Assembly: GCA_030390025.1 (NCBI GenBank)
Contig: CM059432.1
Coordinates: 58,344,001 to 58,408,000, forward strand
Length of the DNA stretch: 64,000 bases
DNA from: Squalus acanthias
Taxonomy: Eukaryota
Reading direction: 5' to 3'
The notes below the pieces were generated by a model, which did no database searches, was not told the origin of the DNA, and saw nothing but the letters and a program-made list of their open reading frames with translations. Below are positions 25,621-37,981 of this stretch, piece after piece. How positions within the stretch are numbered: position 1 is the stretch's first letter; every line of letters begins with the position of its first letter. The position numbers and the translations under genes are program-made.

Positions 25621-27079
25621 CTGGAAGCAAAGATATGATAGAAGCAAATAGGAACAAAAGGACAAGCATAAATGAGAATGATGTCAAAATATGACAATAA
25701 ATATTGCCTCAAAACAGTAGGTCTCCAGTGAAATCAGTGAGCATTTCCCACATTCAGCTATACCACTGGGCCATGACATTTATAATAATTTGAATTTAAT
25801 TGAATGCACCACAACCAAGCTGAAAGCACAAGCACTGAATACACATGATGCTAATTTGAATACAAAAATTAACTGTAAAAACTGCTAACTATCAAAATGC
25901 CACTGCACTCTTACAGTTTGAAAAATTCATGCCAAATTATACTTCTGAAGCCACAAGCAATCCCATAGCATGTAAATCTATTTGTTTCTACAAATCCTTT
26001 GTGAGCAGTGTCACAGATGATTGACTTGATTCTGAACTTCAATCACCTGACCTGTCATGTTGGAGCCACCTCAATCCAAAGGAGGCCCTACTTTGACCAT
26101 GGGGGTTAAATTGGCTAAACCCCAAAAACGGACTTGGTGATCGTGGTACGTGATTAACCAGCACCTGTTCATTGCGTTGCACAATAAATTCAGGCTGCCT
26201 GCTGTTTTAAATGATTGCTGCATGCAGCCAACGCACTGTTCATTGGCTGCACGCATCAGCTGGGGGCCCGATAGCACAAGTGGCTAGCACTACTTAAAGG
26301 GAGCCTGCACCTCTTAAAGGGGAGGTGCATTGTGGCTGTAAGAAGTGGTGGGAGTTTTTTCAAACGTCAATCTGGGCTGTGATACTTTGAGGAATGACTC
26401 ACCATGCGAGAGAGCAAGCACCAAGGTTTTCTGACAATGCACTGGAGGTCTTGATGCAAGATGTGAAGAGAAGGAGAGACTTCCTGTATCCACAGAGGGA
26501 CAGGAGGTCCTCCAGACATATGCTCAGGACGTAGTGGGAAGAAGTAATGGCGGAGGTCAATGCCAGGAGTGTTGCTCCAAGAACATGGATGTAGTGAAGG
26601 AAGAAGTTTAATGATCGGACACGAGTTGTCAAGGTGGGTGAATTCATCTTCAAATGGCATGTCCTATCAACTGCACCACTAGCTTGGTCCACTGCTCAAT
26701 TCACTACACTCCTAACACCCACCTACCAACAATCTCTATTAAAAAGTACTCAACCCTTCAATTCATATGCTTTACCTCACCCTCACACACTGTTGCAAGC
26801 TTCACACCCACAACTCACAACTCACACACACTGCCAGCTATTCAACCATGACAGCCACATCATCTAAACATATTGCAGGTCACTCACTAGCACACTTCCC
26901 TCTTTCTTGCAGGAGAAGGTAGCGCATAACAGGAGATAGCAGGGAAGAACTGGAGGAGGACAAGCGCACCTGCATATTTTAACCCCCATGGAGGAGACAG
27001 TGCTGGCCGTCATAGGTAGGGGCATCGCTGAGGTCATGGCCACTGGCAGGGCTGGAGGGATCGATGATGAGGATATCTG

Positions 27080-27294
27080 TGTCATAAATCGCAAGTAACA
27101 ACTCAGGAAGTACTACTGGGCGGCCAGCTGGGGCGCCGTCCAGGGAGTATAAATACTCAGGCATGGGCCCACCTTGGGCAGAGACAATCTGGAAACAGGA
27201 AGCTAGTGACTGCTAACTAGACCTCCATGTTTTGTTACAAGTTGATTAAAGCCTTGCTTTATGTTCAAGTGCGTAGTGAGTCTTTATTACGTCA
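27080..27294 (+). repeat. 5' LTR
   Basis: TATAAATA at 27148, ATTAAA at 27245; identical to 30872-31086. Confidence 0.96.
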
Positions 27295-27394
27295 ATTTAA
27301 TCAACTTGATATCGTCTCCACGCTTTGGGTGATTCGGAACAACCAGCTGCAACTCGAACCACAGAAGGGAACTTGGGCAAGAAACTGATCCATC

Positions 27395-29272
27395 ATGGAA
27401 AAACTCCTTAGACCCGCTCGTCTCGACCTGGACCCGAATGCACCTGCGGCAGCAAAGGTATGGAAGCATTGGTTTCGTACCTTTAGCAACTTTCTTGAAG
27501 AATGTGGGGCGGATGTCCCTAATAAGTTACGAATGCTTATCAACTACGTGTCTCCTCATGTGTATGATTATATTGAGGACTGTATAGACTATGACACTGC
27601 TATCGAAATCTTACAGCAGCTATATGTCAAGTCCCCAAATGAAATCTTTGCTCGACACCTACTGGCCACAACTCGGCAGCAGCCTGGGGAATCACTCGAT
27701 GAATTTCTCCAGAAACTTCGCAGGCTCAGCAAGGATTGTAACCTTAAAGCAGTTTCAGCTGAACAGTATCAAGAGGAACTAATCCGCGATTCCTTTATCA
27801 ATGGAATCGCGTCCCCTTTTATACGTCAGCGCCTGCTGGAAAATAAAACCCTCAATTTACGGGCTGCTTATGACCAGGCGTGTTCCTTGGACTTGGCCAA
27901 GAAAAATGCAGACACTTATCTCCCACCACGTGCATGGGCGGCGGCTATCTCCTTTAATGAGTCTTTCGGTAGGTCTCGGGCGGATGCCCCCACTGATGTT
28001 GACTCTACTCTAACAGACGACGACCCTACCCTAGAGGCCTTCGCTGATGACGACCCCACCCTAGCAGCATCCTGGCAATCAGGAAGAAAGTGTTTCTTTT
28101 GTGGAGGGGCGTGCCATCACAGAAAATTTTGCCCGGCTCGTAATGTGACCTGCAATCATTGCAGCAAGAAAGGACACTTTTCCAAGGTATGCCAGTCACG
28201 GGCCTTTGCTAACAAGAAAGGCCGCTCCTCTAAAGTATACCGGTCGAGAGCTCCTGTTAGCTTCACAGCTGCTATCTATGGAGCTGCTCCTCCCCCAAGA
28301 ACTACTGTTAAGGCTACAGTTGCCGAAGGGAAAATTGCCCCTCCTCCCATCACGGCTGTTTTTCCCCAAAGTTTGTCCCATGCAGCCACGAAGGTTTCAG
28401 TAAATGGGCACACTCTAAGCGCGCTAATCGACTCCTGCAGCTCTGACAGCTTCATTAGTAAGCGGGCTGTCAACAGGTTAAAACTGCACATTTATCCCTC
28501 GGACAGGGAGATTGCAATGGCTCTGACGACTCTGACCACCAATTCTTCTGGCTTCTGTCTGGTCAACCTCATCCTCAACGGCCGCACGTATCTCTCCACC
28601 CGGCTCGGAGTACTCGCAAACTTATGCAGCGATGTGCTTCTGGGACAGGACTTCCAGAAGCAGCACAAGAAGATCACTTTTGAGTTTGGAGGGTCAAGGC
28701 CGGAGCTTACCATTTCTAAGGTGCCGTTTTGTGCACTCTCGGCGGCCTTACTCGGTGAACCCTCCCTGTTTGCCAATCTTCCCCCCCGCTGTAAACCCAT
28801 AGCCACCAAATCGCGGCGCTTTAGCCAAGATGATCGAGCGTTTATTGAGGCGGAAATCTCTCGCCTTTTAGTCGACGGTATTATCGAGCCATGTTCATCT
28901 CCCTGGCGGGCTCAGGTCGTCATCGTGAGGAATCCCTTAAAACAACATAAAAAACGTCTGTGTATCGATTATTCGCAGACTATTAATCTATATACCGATC
29001 TGGATGCCTACCTGCTGCCACGCATAGATGACATGGTCAACAACCTTGCCAAATACAAGGTATTCTCGACCTTCGATTTAAAAAGCGCGTACCATCAGGT
29101 GCCACTGCAAGACTCCGACAAGAAGTATACGGCCTTTGAGGCCAATGGTCGGCTTTTCCAGTTTCGCCGCCTTCCATTCGGGGTCACCAATGGGGTGGCC
29201 GTCTTCCAACGGGCCATGGATGGATCAAGGTGGCCGACCCGTGGCATTCCTATCCAGAACCTTGCAGGGTAG
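27395..29272 (+). CDS. Gag (two Cys/His knuckles), protease and N-terminal part of RT; ends in a frameshift at the deletion junction
   Basis: CNHCSKKGHFSKVC, ALIDSCS, RLCIDY, FDLKSAYHQ, LPFGVTN..FQRAMD; no YxDD. Confidence 0.85.
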   Translation: MEKLLRPARLDLDPNAPAAAKVWKHWFRTFSNFLEECGADVPNKLRMLINYVSPHVYDYIEDCIDYDTAIEILQQLYVKSPNEIFARHLLATTRQQPGESLDEFLQKLRRLSKDCNLKAVSAEQYQEELIRDSFINGIASPFIRQRLLENKTLNLRAAYDQACSLDLAKKNADTYLPPRAWAAAISFNESFGRSRADAPTDVDSTLTDDDPTLEAFADDDPTLAASWQSGRKCFFCGGACHHRKFCPARNVTCNHCSKKGHFSKVCQSRAFANKKGRSSKVYRSRAPVSFTAAIYGAAPPPRTTVKATVAEGKIAPPPITAVFPQSLSHAATKVSVNGHTLSALIDSCSSDSFISKRAVNRLKLHIYPSDREIAMALTTLTTNSSGFCLVNLILNGRTYLSTRLGVLANLCSDVLLGQDFQKQHKKITFEFGGSRPELTISKVPFCALSAALLGEPSLFANLPPRCKPIATKSRRFSQDDRAFIEAEISRLLVDGIIEPCSSPWRAQVVIVRNPLKQHKKRLCIDYSQTINLYTDLDAYLLPRIDDMVNNLAKYKVFSTFDLKSAYHQVPLQDSDKKYTAFEANGRLFQFRRLPFGVTNGVAVFQRAMDGSRWPTRGIPIQNLAG

Positions 29273-30833
29273 CGAGCTCCATTACCCCCCCGTCGAGAAG
29301 GAGGCTACGGCCATCATCGAGGCTGTACGCCAATGGGGTCATTTTCTTGCTCGGCGTCATTTTACGCTTATAACTGACCAGCGCTCTGTGGCCTTCATGT
29401 TGGATAACCGGAGGCGCACGAAAATCAAAAATAATAAAATTCAACTCTGGAGGATGGAGCTGGCTGCCTTTGGATATACTATCTGTTACCGACCCGGCAA
29501 ACAGAACGTGGCCCCAGATACCTTCACACGGGCATTTTGCTCCTCAATGTCAACGTCGACTCTGGCGGATTTGCATATGGACTTATGCCATCCTGGTGTG
29601 ACCCGCATGTTGCACTTTGTGCGCTCCAAAAATCTACCATTTTCAACCGAGGACGTAAAGAAAACATGCTCCTCCTGTAGGATTTGTGCAGAATTGAAAC
29701 CACAATTCTTTCGCCCATCAGATGGCTTACTCATACATGCAATGCAGCCTATGCAGAGGCTCAGCATAGACTTTAAAGGGCCATTGCCTTCGTCGACAAG
29801 GAACACCTACCTACTTACGATGGTGGACGAGTATTCACGCTTTCCCTTCGCCTTCCCCTGCCCTAATATGCTTACCTCTACGGTAATTAAATGCCTCGAT
29901 CAGGTCTTTTCCCTTTGCGGGACGGCCAATTTTATCCACACTGATCGGGGTCCCTCCTTTATGTCGAGTGAACTTAAAAGTTATCTCTCCCAACGGGGAA
30001 TCGCCTCAAGTAGGACGACACCATATCACCCAATCGGTAACGGACAGGTTGAACGATACAATGCCATCATCTGGAACGCTGTCCGTCTGGCACTAAGGTC
30101 ACGCAACCTGCCGGACCAGCAGTGGGAAACGGTGCTCCCCGACGCGTTACACTCTATCAGGTCTCTTCTCTCCACATCTACTAATGTCACGCCTCATGAG
30201 CGATTCTTCAAATTCCGGCGTCACTCTACACATGGGACGTCTCTACCGTCATGGTTGGTGGCTCCAGGCCCGGTACTACTCCGGAGGTTCGCCCGGTCTG
30301 CCAAAAACGACCCTCTCGTTGACGAGGTGGAGTTAACGGAGGTAAACTCCACGTATGCGCACGTACGGTACCCTGATGGCCGGGAGACCACCGTCTCGCT
30401 CCGAGATCTGGCTCCCTGCCCAACCGGTCACACGGGCCCGAATGATGAAGGATCCCCCGACAATGATATCAACACTCCGCACCCCTATGAAAATGACGCC
30501 CCGCCTGGGACATCGGGGGATCTGCCGGCAACGCTACCGGATCAACTCAGGGAGCTGGACGCTCCCCGTAGGATGGCCACCCGAAACCAGGACGCCGGAC
30601 AATCTCCAGCCACGACCCGGGATGAGGCCAGCTCAGCACCTGTGGGGACCCGCACCCGGAGTCATGATATTCCCAGTCCTCCACAGGATGATCAAGATGA
30701 CGCGGACTCTACTGACTTACCGGTACGGGCCAAGCGACTCAGGGACCAGGACACGGTCCGGGGAGACGTGCCTTCCAGTCACAAGCAGAGAGCTAAACGT
30801 CTGCGGCTATTTCTGGTCCGCCTAGTCCGTTAA
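29225..30833 (+). CDS. RNase H C-terminal part and integrase (out of frame with gag-RT)
   Basis: RPVAFLSRTL, EKEATAI, ITDQRS; HHCC (LCHPG..CRIC), SIDFKG, HTDRG, GQVER. Confidence 0.85.
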
Positions 30834-30871
30834 AGGAAGACTGGACTTCCAAACCTTTTAGGGAGGAAGAA

Positions 30872-31086
30872 TGTCATAAATCGCAAGTAACAACTCAGGA
30901 AGTACTACTGGGCGGCCAGCTGGGGCGCCGTCCAGGGAGTATAAATACTCAGGCATGGGCCCACCTTGGGCAGAGACAATCTGGAAACAGGAAGCTAGTG
31001 ACTGCTAACTAGACCTCCATGTTTTGTTACAAGTTGATTAAAGCCTTGCTTTATGTTCAAGTGCGTAGTGAGTCTTTATTACGTCA
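30872..31086 (+). repeat. 3' LTR
   Basis: Preceded by PPT, followed by ATCTG TSD. Confidence 0.96.
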
Positions 31087-31282
31087 ATCTGCATACCTAA
31101 TCCTCTTTCTCTCATCCCATTTCTTCTTCATCCCACAATCTCTTCTGACTCAAAAGCTGCAGATAGTTTAAACATGCACTTTCTTTTCTCCCCTCACCTC
31201 AACCCAACCCTTGTCCCTTTTTTATTTCAGATACTCAAGAACTGGAAACTTCCCAGTCAGAGGAGGAAGAGGAAGAACACAG

Positions 31283-33963
31283 TGAAGGGAGGTGGGGTGG
31301 CAGTGCTGATTAAGGAAGACATTGTAGTGTTGGAAAGGGAGGATGTTCTTGAGGGGACAAGGACAGAATCCATTTGGTTAGAGTTGAGGAGAAAAAAGGG
31401 TATGATCACGCTATTGGGGGTATTGTATAGGCCTCCAAATAGTGAGAGGGAGGTAGAGGAGCAAATCTGCAGGGAAATCGCAGAGATATGCAAGAGCTAT
31501 AGAGTGGTGATATTGGGGGACTTTAATTACCCAAATATCGATTGGAATAATGCTAGGGTAAAGGGAAAGGAGTGGGAGGAATTTCTGAAATGTGTTCAGG
31601 AGAATTTCCTTGACCAGTATGTTCTTGGCCCAACTAGGAAGGAGGCATTGCTGGATCTGGTGCTGGGGAATGAGGTGGGTCAATTCGACCAAGTGTCTGT
31701 GGGTGATCATCGTATCATAAGATTTAGATTAGCAATGGAGAGGAGCAAGGAACAATCTAGAGTGGAACTTCTAAACTGGAATAGGGCTAACTTCAATGGA
31801 ATGCGAAAGGATCTAGCCAGGGCAAAATGGAACCAAAGATTGACAGGAAAAACTGTAATGGAATAGTGGGTGATCTTTAAGGAGGAGATGTTCCAAGTAC
31901 AGGCTAGGTACATTCCAGCAAGAGGGAAGGGTAAGGGAACCAAAGTAAGGGCTCCTTGGATGGTGAGGGAGATTGAGAAGATGATGAAACAATAAAAGAG
32001 GTATGATGCGTGTCAGGTGAATTCTTCAAGGGAGAACCAGACCAAATACAATAAGTTGAGAGGGGAAGTGAAGATGAAAATAAGATTGGCGAAGAGAGAA
32101 TATGAGAAGAGAATGGCGGTTAACATAAAAGGGAACCCAAAAATCTTCTACCGGCATGTAAACAGTAAGCGGGTAGTAAGAGGCGGGGTGGGGCCTATTA
32201 GCGACAAAGAAGGTGTTATATGCGTAGAGACGCAGGGCAAGGCTAGAATACTCAATGAGTACTTTGTATCGGTGTTTACTAAGGAGGTGGATGCTAACAA
32301 AATATCGGTAGCAGTGGAAAAGGTAGAAGCAATGGAAGGGTTGAAAATTGATAGACAGAATGTACTAGAAAGGCTGGGTATGCTTAGAGTGGATAAGTCG
32401 CCTGGTCCAGATAGCTTGCATCCCAGATTGCTAAGGGAATTGGGGGAGGAGATAGCAGAAGGGCTTGCCATAATTTTCCAATCTTCCCTAGAAGCTGGGG
32501 AGGTTCTTGAGGATTGGAAAGTGGCAACTGTGACACCATTGTTCAAGAAAGGGTGTAAGAACAATCCTAGTAACTACAGGCCGGTCAGTTTAACATCAGT
32601 GGTGGGTAAAGTTTTAGAAACAATAATCAAGGATAAAATTAACGGGCACTTGGAGAGGTTTAAGCTAATTAAGGAGAGCCAACATGGATTTGTAAAAGGC
32701 AGATCATGTTTGACTAATCTAATTGAATGTTTTGATGAGGTAACAGGGAGGATCGATTAAGGGAATGCAATGGATGTTGTCTACATGGATTTTAGGAAGG
32801 CGTTTGACAAAGTACCATATAGAAGGCTGGTTAATAAAATTGAGGCTCATAGAATAGGTGGGTCAGTGGCAGTTTGGATAAGGAATCGGCTTAAGGACAG
32901 AAAACAGCAAGTTGTGGTAAATGGCTGTTTTTCAGACTGGGGGATGGTAGACAGTGGTGTTCCCCAAGGGTCAGTGCTGGGCCACTGCTTTTTTGATATA
33001 TATAAATGACCTGGATATTGGAATACAGAGTAGAATTTCTAAATTTGCCGATGACACCAAACTTGGGGGTATGGCGAACAGTGAGGATGATACCAATCGA
33101 CTGGAACAGGACATAGAAAGGCTAGCAGAATGGGCAGATAAGTGGCAGATGGAATTTAATACAGAGAAGTGTGAGGTGATGCATTTTGGCAGAAGGAACA
33201 GGGAGAGGCAATATACACTTAATGGCACAGTTTTAGAGTTTGCAGGGACAGAGGGTCCTGGGAGTTAATGTGCATAGGTCCCTGAAAGTGGCAGGAAATG
33301 TTGAGAGAGTGGTTAACAAATCATATGGAATCTTGGTTTCATAAATAGAGATATTGAGTACCGTACAAAAGTAGAGAAGTTATGCTGAATCTTTATAAAG
33401 CGCTGGTTAGGCCACAACTGGAGTATTGCGTCCAGTTCTGGTCACCATACTTTAGGAAGGATGTGAAGGCCCTTGATAGGTTGCCGAGGAGATTAACTAG
33501 AATGGTTCCGGGGATGGGGGATCTTAGCGACAAGGACAAGTTGGAGAAGCTGGATTTGTTTTCATTAGAGCAAAGAAGGTTGAGGGGTGATTTGATAGAC
33601 GTGTACAAGATTATGACGGGTTTGGATAGGCTAGACGGGGAAAGGCTGTTCTCACTAGTTGATGGTACAAGGACTAGGGGACACAGATTTAAGGTTTTGG
33701 GCAAGAGATACAGGGGGGATGTGAGGAAAAACTTTTTTACGCAGCGAGTTCCAGGTGAGGACCTGGAACTCGCTGCCGACGAAAGTGGTGGAAGCGGAGA
33801 CACTCAATATTTTCAAGGGGAGACTGGATAGGTACTTGAGGGAAATAAACTTGCAGGGCTACAGGGATAGTGCGGGGCAATGGGACTGACTTGATTGCTC
33901 TGTAGAGAGCTGGCACGGACTTGATGGGCCGAATGGCCTCCTTCTGTGCCGTTATGACTCTAT
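31283..33963 (+). mobile_element. CR1 LINE (APE endonuclease + RT, disrupted) inserted in element E Myb exon 3
   Basis: GGGVAVLIK, YRPP, GDFN, SPGPD, NYRPVSLTS, KFADDTKL, (ATGACTCT)n tail. Confidence 0.92.
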
Positions 33964-33964
33964 G

Positions 33965-34758
33965 GGGGTGATTTTGCCAATGGGGAGCTTTTGGAGGCGG
34001 GACTCCCACTTGTCGGGTTTTAGTCCCGCCTCCATCGACTTCTGGCCAACCCACGCTATTTTCCCTTGATTGACCTTGTTAAGCCTGCCCAGCGGGCTTA
34101 GCAGGCCAATTAAGGGAAAGCCGGTTGCAGAGAACGTCAACGTATGACATTTCATTAGATGAATTATCATCGTTTGACAGCTCTGTGAAGCTGTCAAACA
34201 GTGACATTCTCTGTAGTTTGATGAGGTCTTGAATCAAACATCTTTCTTTTGCAGAAATGAGATGGTTGTTGCATTGGAGAATGCAACGGCCATCTGTCAT
34301 CTCCAACGCGGAGGTCCGAGACTCTCCGCATACCCGCCGACTGAAGCCTGCAGGAAGAAACAAAGGTAAGTACACTTTTTCTAACATTTTCCACTTACCT
34401 TAGATACTCACCTCTCCACATCACTTACCTTCACAGCGCACGTTTGCACCCCCCCGACCCCCGCAGACCCACTACTCGCCTCGGTGACCCTGGCGGGGTT
34501 CGGAGCCTTCGGGAAGCCCGCACGTGTGGGCAAAATGGTGATAAGCCTATTTTCTGCCTGTTATCTACCTGTTAACAAGCAATTAATAGGCTTTAATTCC
34601 CTTCCCGCCTCCAAGGAGGCGGAACCCAGCACAGGACGGCTACCCACCTCCTGGCAAGATGGCATGGAGGCGGGTTGGGCACCCGCCCCCAAATTCTGCC
34701 ATTTTCCCGGCAGTCCTGCTTCCATGCCCGCCTCCGCAGAGCTGGCAAGATCGCGCCC
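33965..34758. mobile_element. Non-autonomous Harbinger-like element (family F) inserted in CR1 tail
   Basis: Ends GGGGTGATTTTGCCA / TGGCAAGATCGCGCCC; probable ATG TSD; inverted homolog of 822-1885. Confidence 0.85.
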
Positions 34759-35748
34759 ATGACTCTATGAAGATGGAGAGACACCATCGCTCAATCTTAC
34801 ACTAATAGCCAGCAGCTCAGAGAATGAAACTGGGCGTATTTTAGAGGCTAGGATAGAGGAGGGATCTGCAGATGGTGAGACACCAGGCATAAGTGCGCAG
34901 GAGCCAGGGCGGGGGGCAAAGTGAGTGCAGGTGCCAGCTCACCGGAGGGCGAGGTAGCAAACTAGTTTTGCTGCAGAGGAGTTAGACAAGGACTTTGATG
35001 GGCCAGGCTACAGCTTTCTCTCCTAGGCACAATCTAGTGACTCTCGGAAGGAACAGCACAAACAGCTTCCATCAAATGTCTGAGTGCTGCAGTGGAAGCT
35101 CAGATTGCTGACTTGCAAGCTGACACTGCTGCCCTCATGGCTCTGGATACCACTGTTCAAAGGAGCTTCCAGGGCATCGCAGCAGTCCATCAATCTGTTC
35201 TCCAACAGATCAGTAGGATTGCTGAGGCGCCGCCCCGGGGGAGTGGCAGCGGCTCCATGGAACACGAAGCTGCTGTCCTCTCTCAGGATGACAGCATTCT
35301 TGCTCCCACCTCCGCCTGTGCCCTTACTGTTGCCTGTCAGCCAACCAGCCTAGAATGCTGCAGCCCAGGCCAAGATGGTGCAGTCTGAAGCCGAGCTGCT
35401 CAAGGTCGCCCTCCAAGTCCATCGGCAGTCTCCTCAGTTTAGGTCAGCAGCCTTCCAGCACCCATGCTGCAGCCATTGGGGAAACACTTCATAGGAGCAA
35501 TAGAACAGGCAAAGACATAAGGAAGACAGACACTAAGGGAATGCACAAGGGTGATTAGTATATTTTTGTATGCATTATGTAATGATTGAAGTGATAACAT
35601 TGGATTGGAATGTGCATTTTCTGGTGGGTTTATTTTTGTGTTGTCGGAAAGAGGATGATGTGATGGTCAGTGATAGAGGAAAGGTAAGGAGTGTGGGACT
35701 GTTGGTGAATGAGGAGGTGCAGTTGAGGTTACTGGTATTGCTCATGAA

Positions 35749-36943
35749 TTATTTGATCATGTAGAGCCCGGGCAGAAAGAAGCTTCTACATTGTATCCCC
35801 CCTTCCTCTTCCTGTTTCTGCACTCCCTGTTGCACTTCCTCCATTTCCTCCTCCTGCTCCTCCTCCTCTTCCTCGCGCTCCTGCTCCTCAGCTTCTCGTC
35901 TGATAGGTGGTGACAAGGGCTGTTCCCTCTTGATGGTGAGGTTGTGCAGCATACAGCATACCACCACAAATCTTGATACTCGCTCAGCTGAGTACTGCAG
36001 GGCTCCTCCAGAGTGGTCCAGGCAGCGGAAGCATTGCTTGATGATGCCAGTGGTGTGCTCTTTCATGTTCCTTGTGGCAGCATGGCTCTCATTGTATGTC
36101 TGCTGTGCACATGTGCGTGGGTTCCGGACCGGCGTCATGAGCCATGTCATGAGGTGGATAACTCTTGTCGCCCAATAGCCAGCCTTTGACTTGCCGTGGT
36201 GGTTGAAATACAGGTGACAGAGAGGACTGCTGCAGAATGAAGAAATTGTGACTGCTGCCAGGATAACGAGCATTCACCTGCATGATGCACTGTCTGTGGT
36301 CGCACACCAGCTGCACATTGAGGGAGTGGAATCCCTCTTGGTTCAAGAAAATGGCCGAGTTCACATGAGGCACACACAAGGCAACGTGCATGCAGTCAAT
36401 GGCACCCTGCAACATGGGGAATCTTACAATCTGTGCAAACCCTCGTGCTCGCTCTGCCTTTTCGTCTCTAGCAAGAGGGAATGAGATTAAACTGTTTCTC
36501 TGTGTATAGAGAGCCTCAGTGACCTCCCTTATGCAGCAGTGCACTGCAAACTGCGAGATGTTGCTTATAGCTCTCACAGCAGCCTGGAAGGAGTCAGACA
36601 CATAAAAGTTAAGAGCCATGGTCACCTTGACAGCCACAGGCAATGCTGTCCTTTCCCTACTTTGAGGCCGCAGTTGTAGCTGCAGCAGTTGTCATATTTC
36701 AGTCAAGACCTCTTTTGTGAAGTAAAGATATCTCATGCATTGGTCCTCGCTGAAGTTGAGGTAAGAGAATCGCTCCCTAAAGACCCTTGCCGCATATGGC
36801 CTCCTGCTGAGAGCCCTTCTCCCCCTCCTCCCCCTCCTCCCCCTCCTCCTCCCTCTTCTAGCAGCTTGTCCTGCTCTGCATAACCTCTGCTCATTCTCCC
36901 AGTCATGCTCAATTTCAAGAGGAAGACCTACCAGGCCACCCAT
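35749..36943 (-). pseudogene. Harbinger transposase pseudogene of element E
   Basis: [43 protein letters not shown]; frameshifts. Confidence 0.9.
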
Positions 36944-37981
36944 GTCTGGAAGCCACTTGTTTCAGCACAAGCTTTTACACCACCAAAAAAGTACTTCAGC
37001 ACCAGCCAGAGCACTCCCTGTAGACTATTCTAACTTTAGCCAAGTATAGGAAAGCTCCAAGAACACATACAATTGCATCAGCAGCCAGAGGAAATGATCC
37101 AGCAACTAACATGTAAGTAGTTCCTGATCCCTTTAAATAGCACTGGTGGGGGTCCTTCCTTCCATTTAACATCGTGTTCAGCTGTGCGAGGTTAAGGCAG
37201 GGCGTTGGCTGGAGTGTGCAGTTGGAAAATGGCAACGCTGGCGTCAAATCAGCATTGCACACAGATTTGCGTCATTAGGTGTGTGCACGCAAATTCCTTC
37301 ACCAAGATGGCGATCTGCCCACTTCTCATCAGACCCGTCAGAAGTGTGCGCACACATTTGGGTAGCGATTTGGGTAAAGATAAGCAGAGTGTGACAGGAA
37401 GGGACAGAGGGGGAAAAATTCGGTGATTAGCGCCTCCCGTTTGTGCCCTAAGAGGGCGCTAACAGGGCACAAAGCAACTAGTGCCCGGGCGTGGCGATGC
37501 TTGCGACGCTCGTGAAATTGACCAGACATTTTGCGGTGGCGCTAAACACTACTGCCACGATCTCCTGTGCCTGCAGATCGTAATGTCAGTCGAGCGTGCA
37601 ACGCCCCGGTAGCGCCCCGGACCGGATATTGAGTGGCGCCCCCTGCCTTTCTGCCTGCCGCTAGCAACGACAGGTAGAGGGGAACGTTTTGCAGTCGGGA
37701 AGGGACTGGGGGAGCGCTATTTAAAGGCGGCCTCTTCCTGCCTTTTTTTGTTGGCGACATTTTTGCACCACGCATTCTGAGAGAGCGAGAGAGAGAGAGA
37801 CTTCTGGAGAGATTCAACGCTTTGTGAAGCAGTTTTGGGTACTGAGCAGCACTTTGCAGGTTCTTTTTGATTTGACCTTCCTTGCATCGATTTAGAAGAG
37901 ACTCGGGGGGCTGCACTGAATCAGGGCGTCCTGCACCTGCAGAATCGGAGGCAGCAGAGACGCAGAGAGAGAGTGGCAAAC

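Larger units (their letters stand above)
27080..31086 (+). mobile_element. Gypsy/Ty3 LTR retrotransposon with internal RT/RNase H deletion
   Basis: Identical 215-bp TG..CA LTRs, ATCTG TSD (27075-79, 31087-91), PPT agggaggaagaa at 30860-30871, gag-PR-RT-RH-IN order. Confidence 0.96.
26101..37359. mobile_element. Old two-gene Harbinger (element E) hosting nested Gypsy, CR1 and Harbinger insertions; right TIR not found
   Basis: Left end GGGGGTTAAATT; Myb exons at ~26393-26633, 26912-27075 and 31231-31285 + 34770-35558 (with stops); transposase on -. Confidence 0.8.

Noticed and set aside
27245..27280. Resemblance of the LTR to the HIV-1 R/U5 poly(A) region
   Set aside because: Short and imperfect; the element is a Gypsy without env, so chance or convergence
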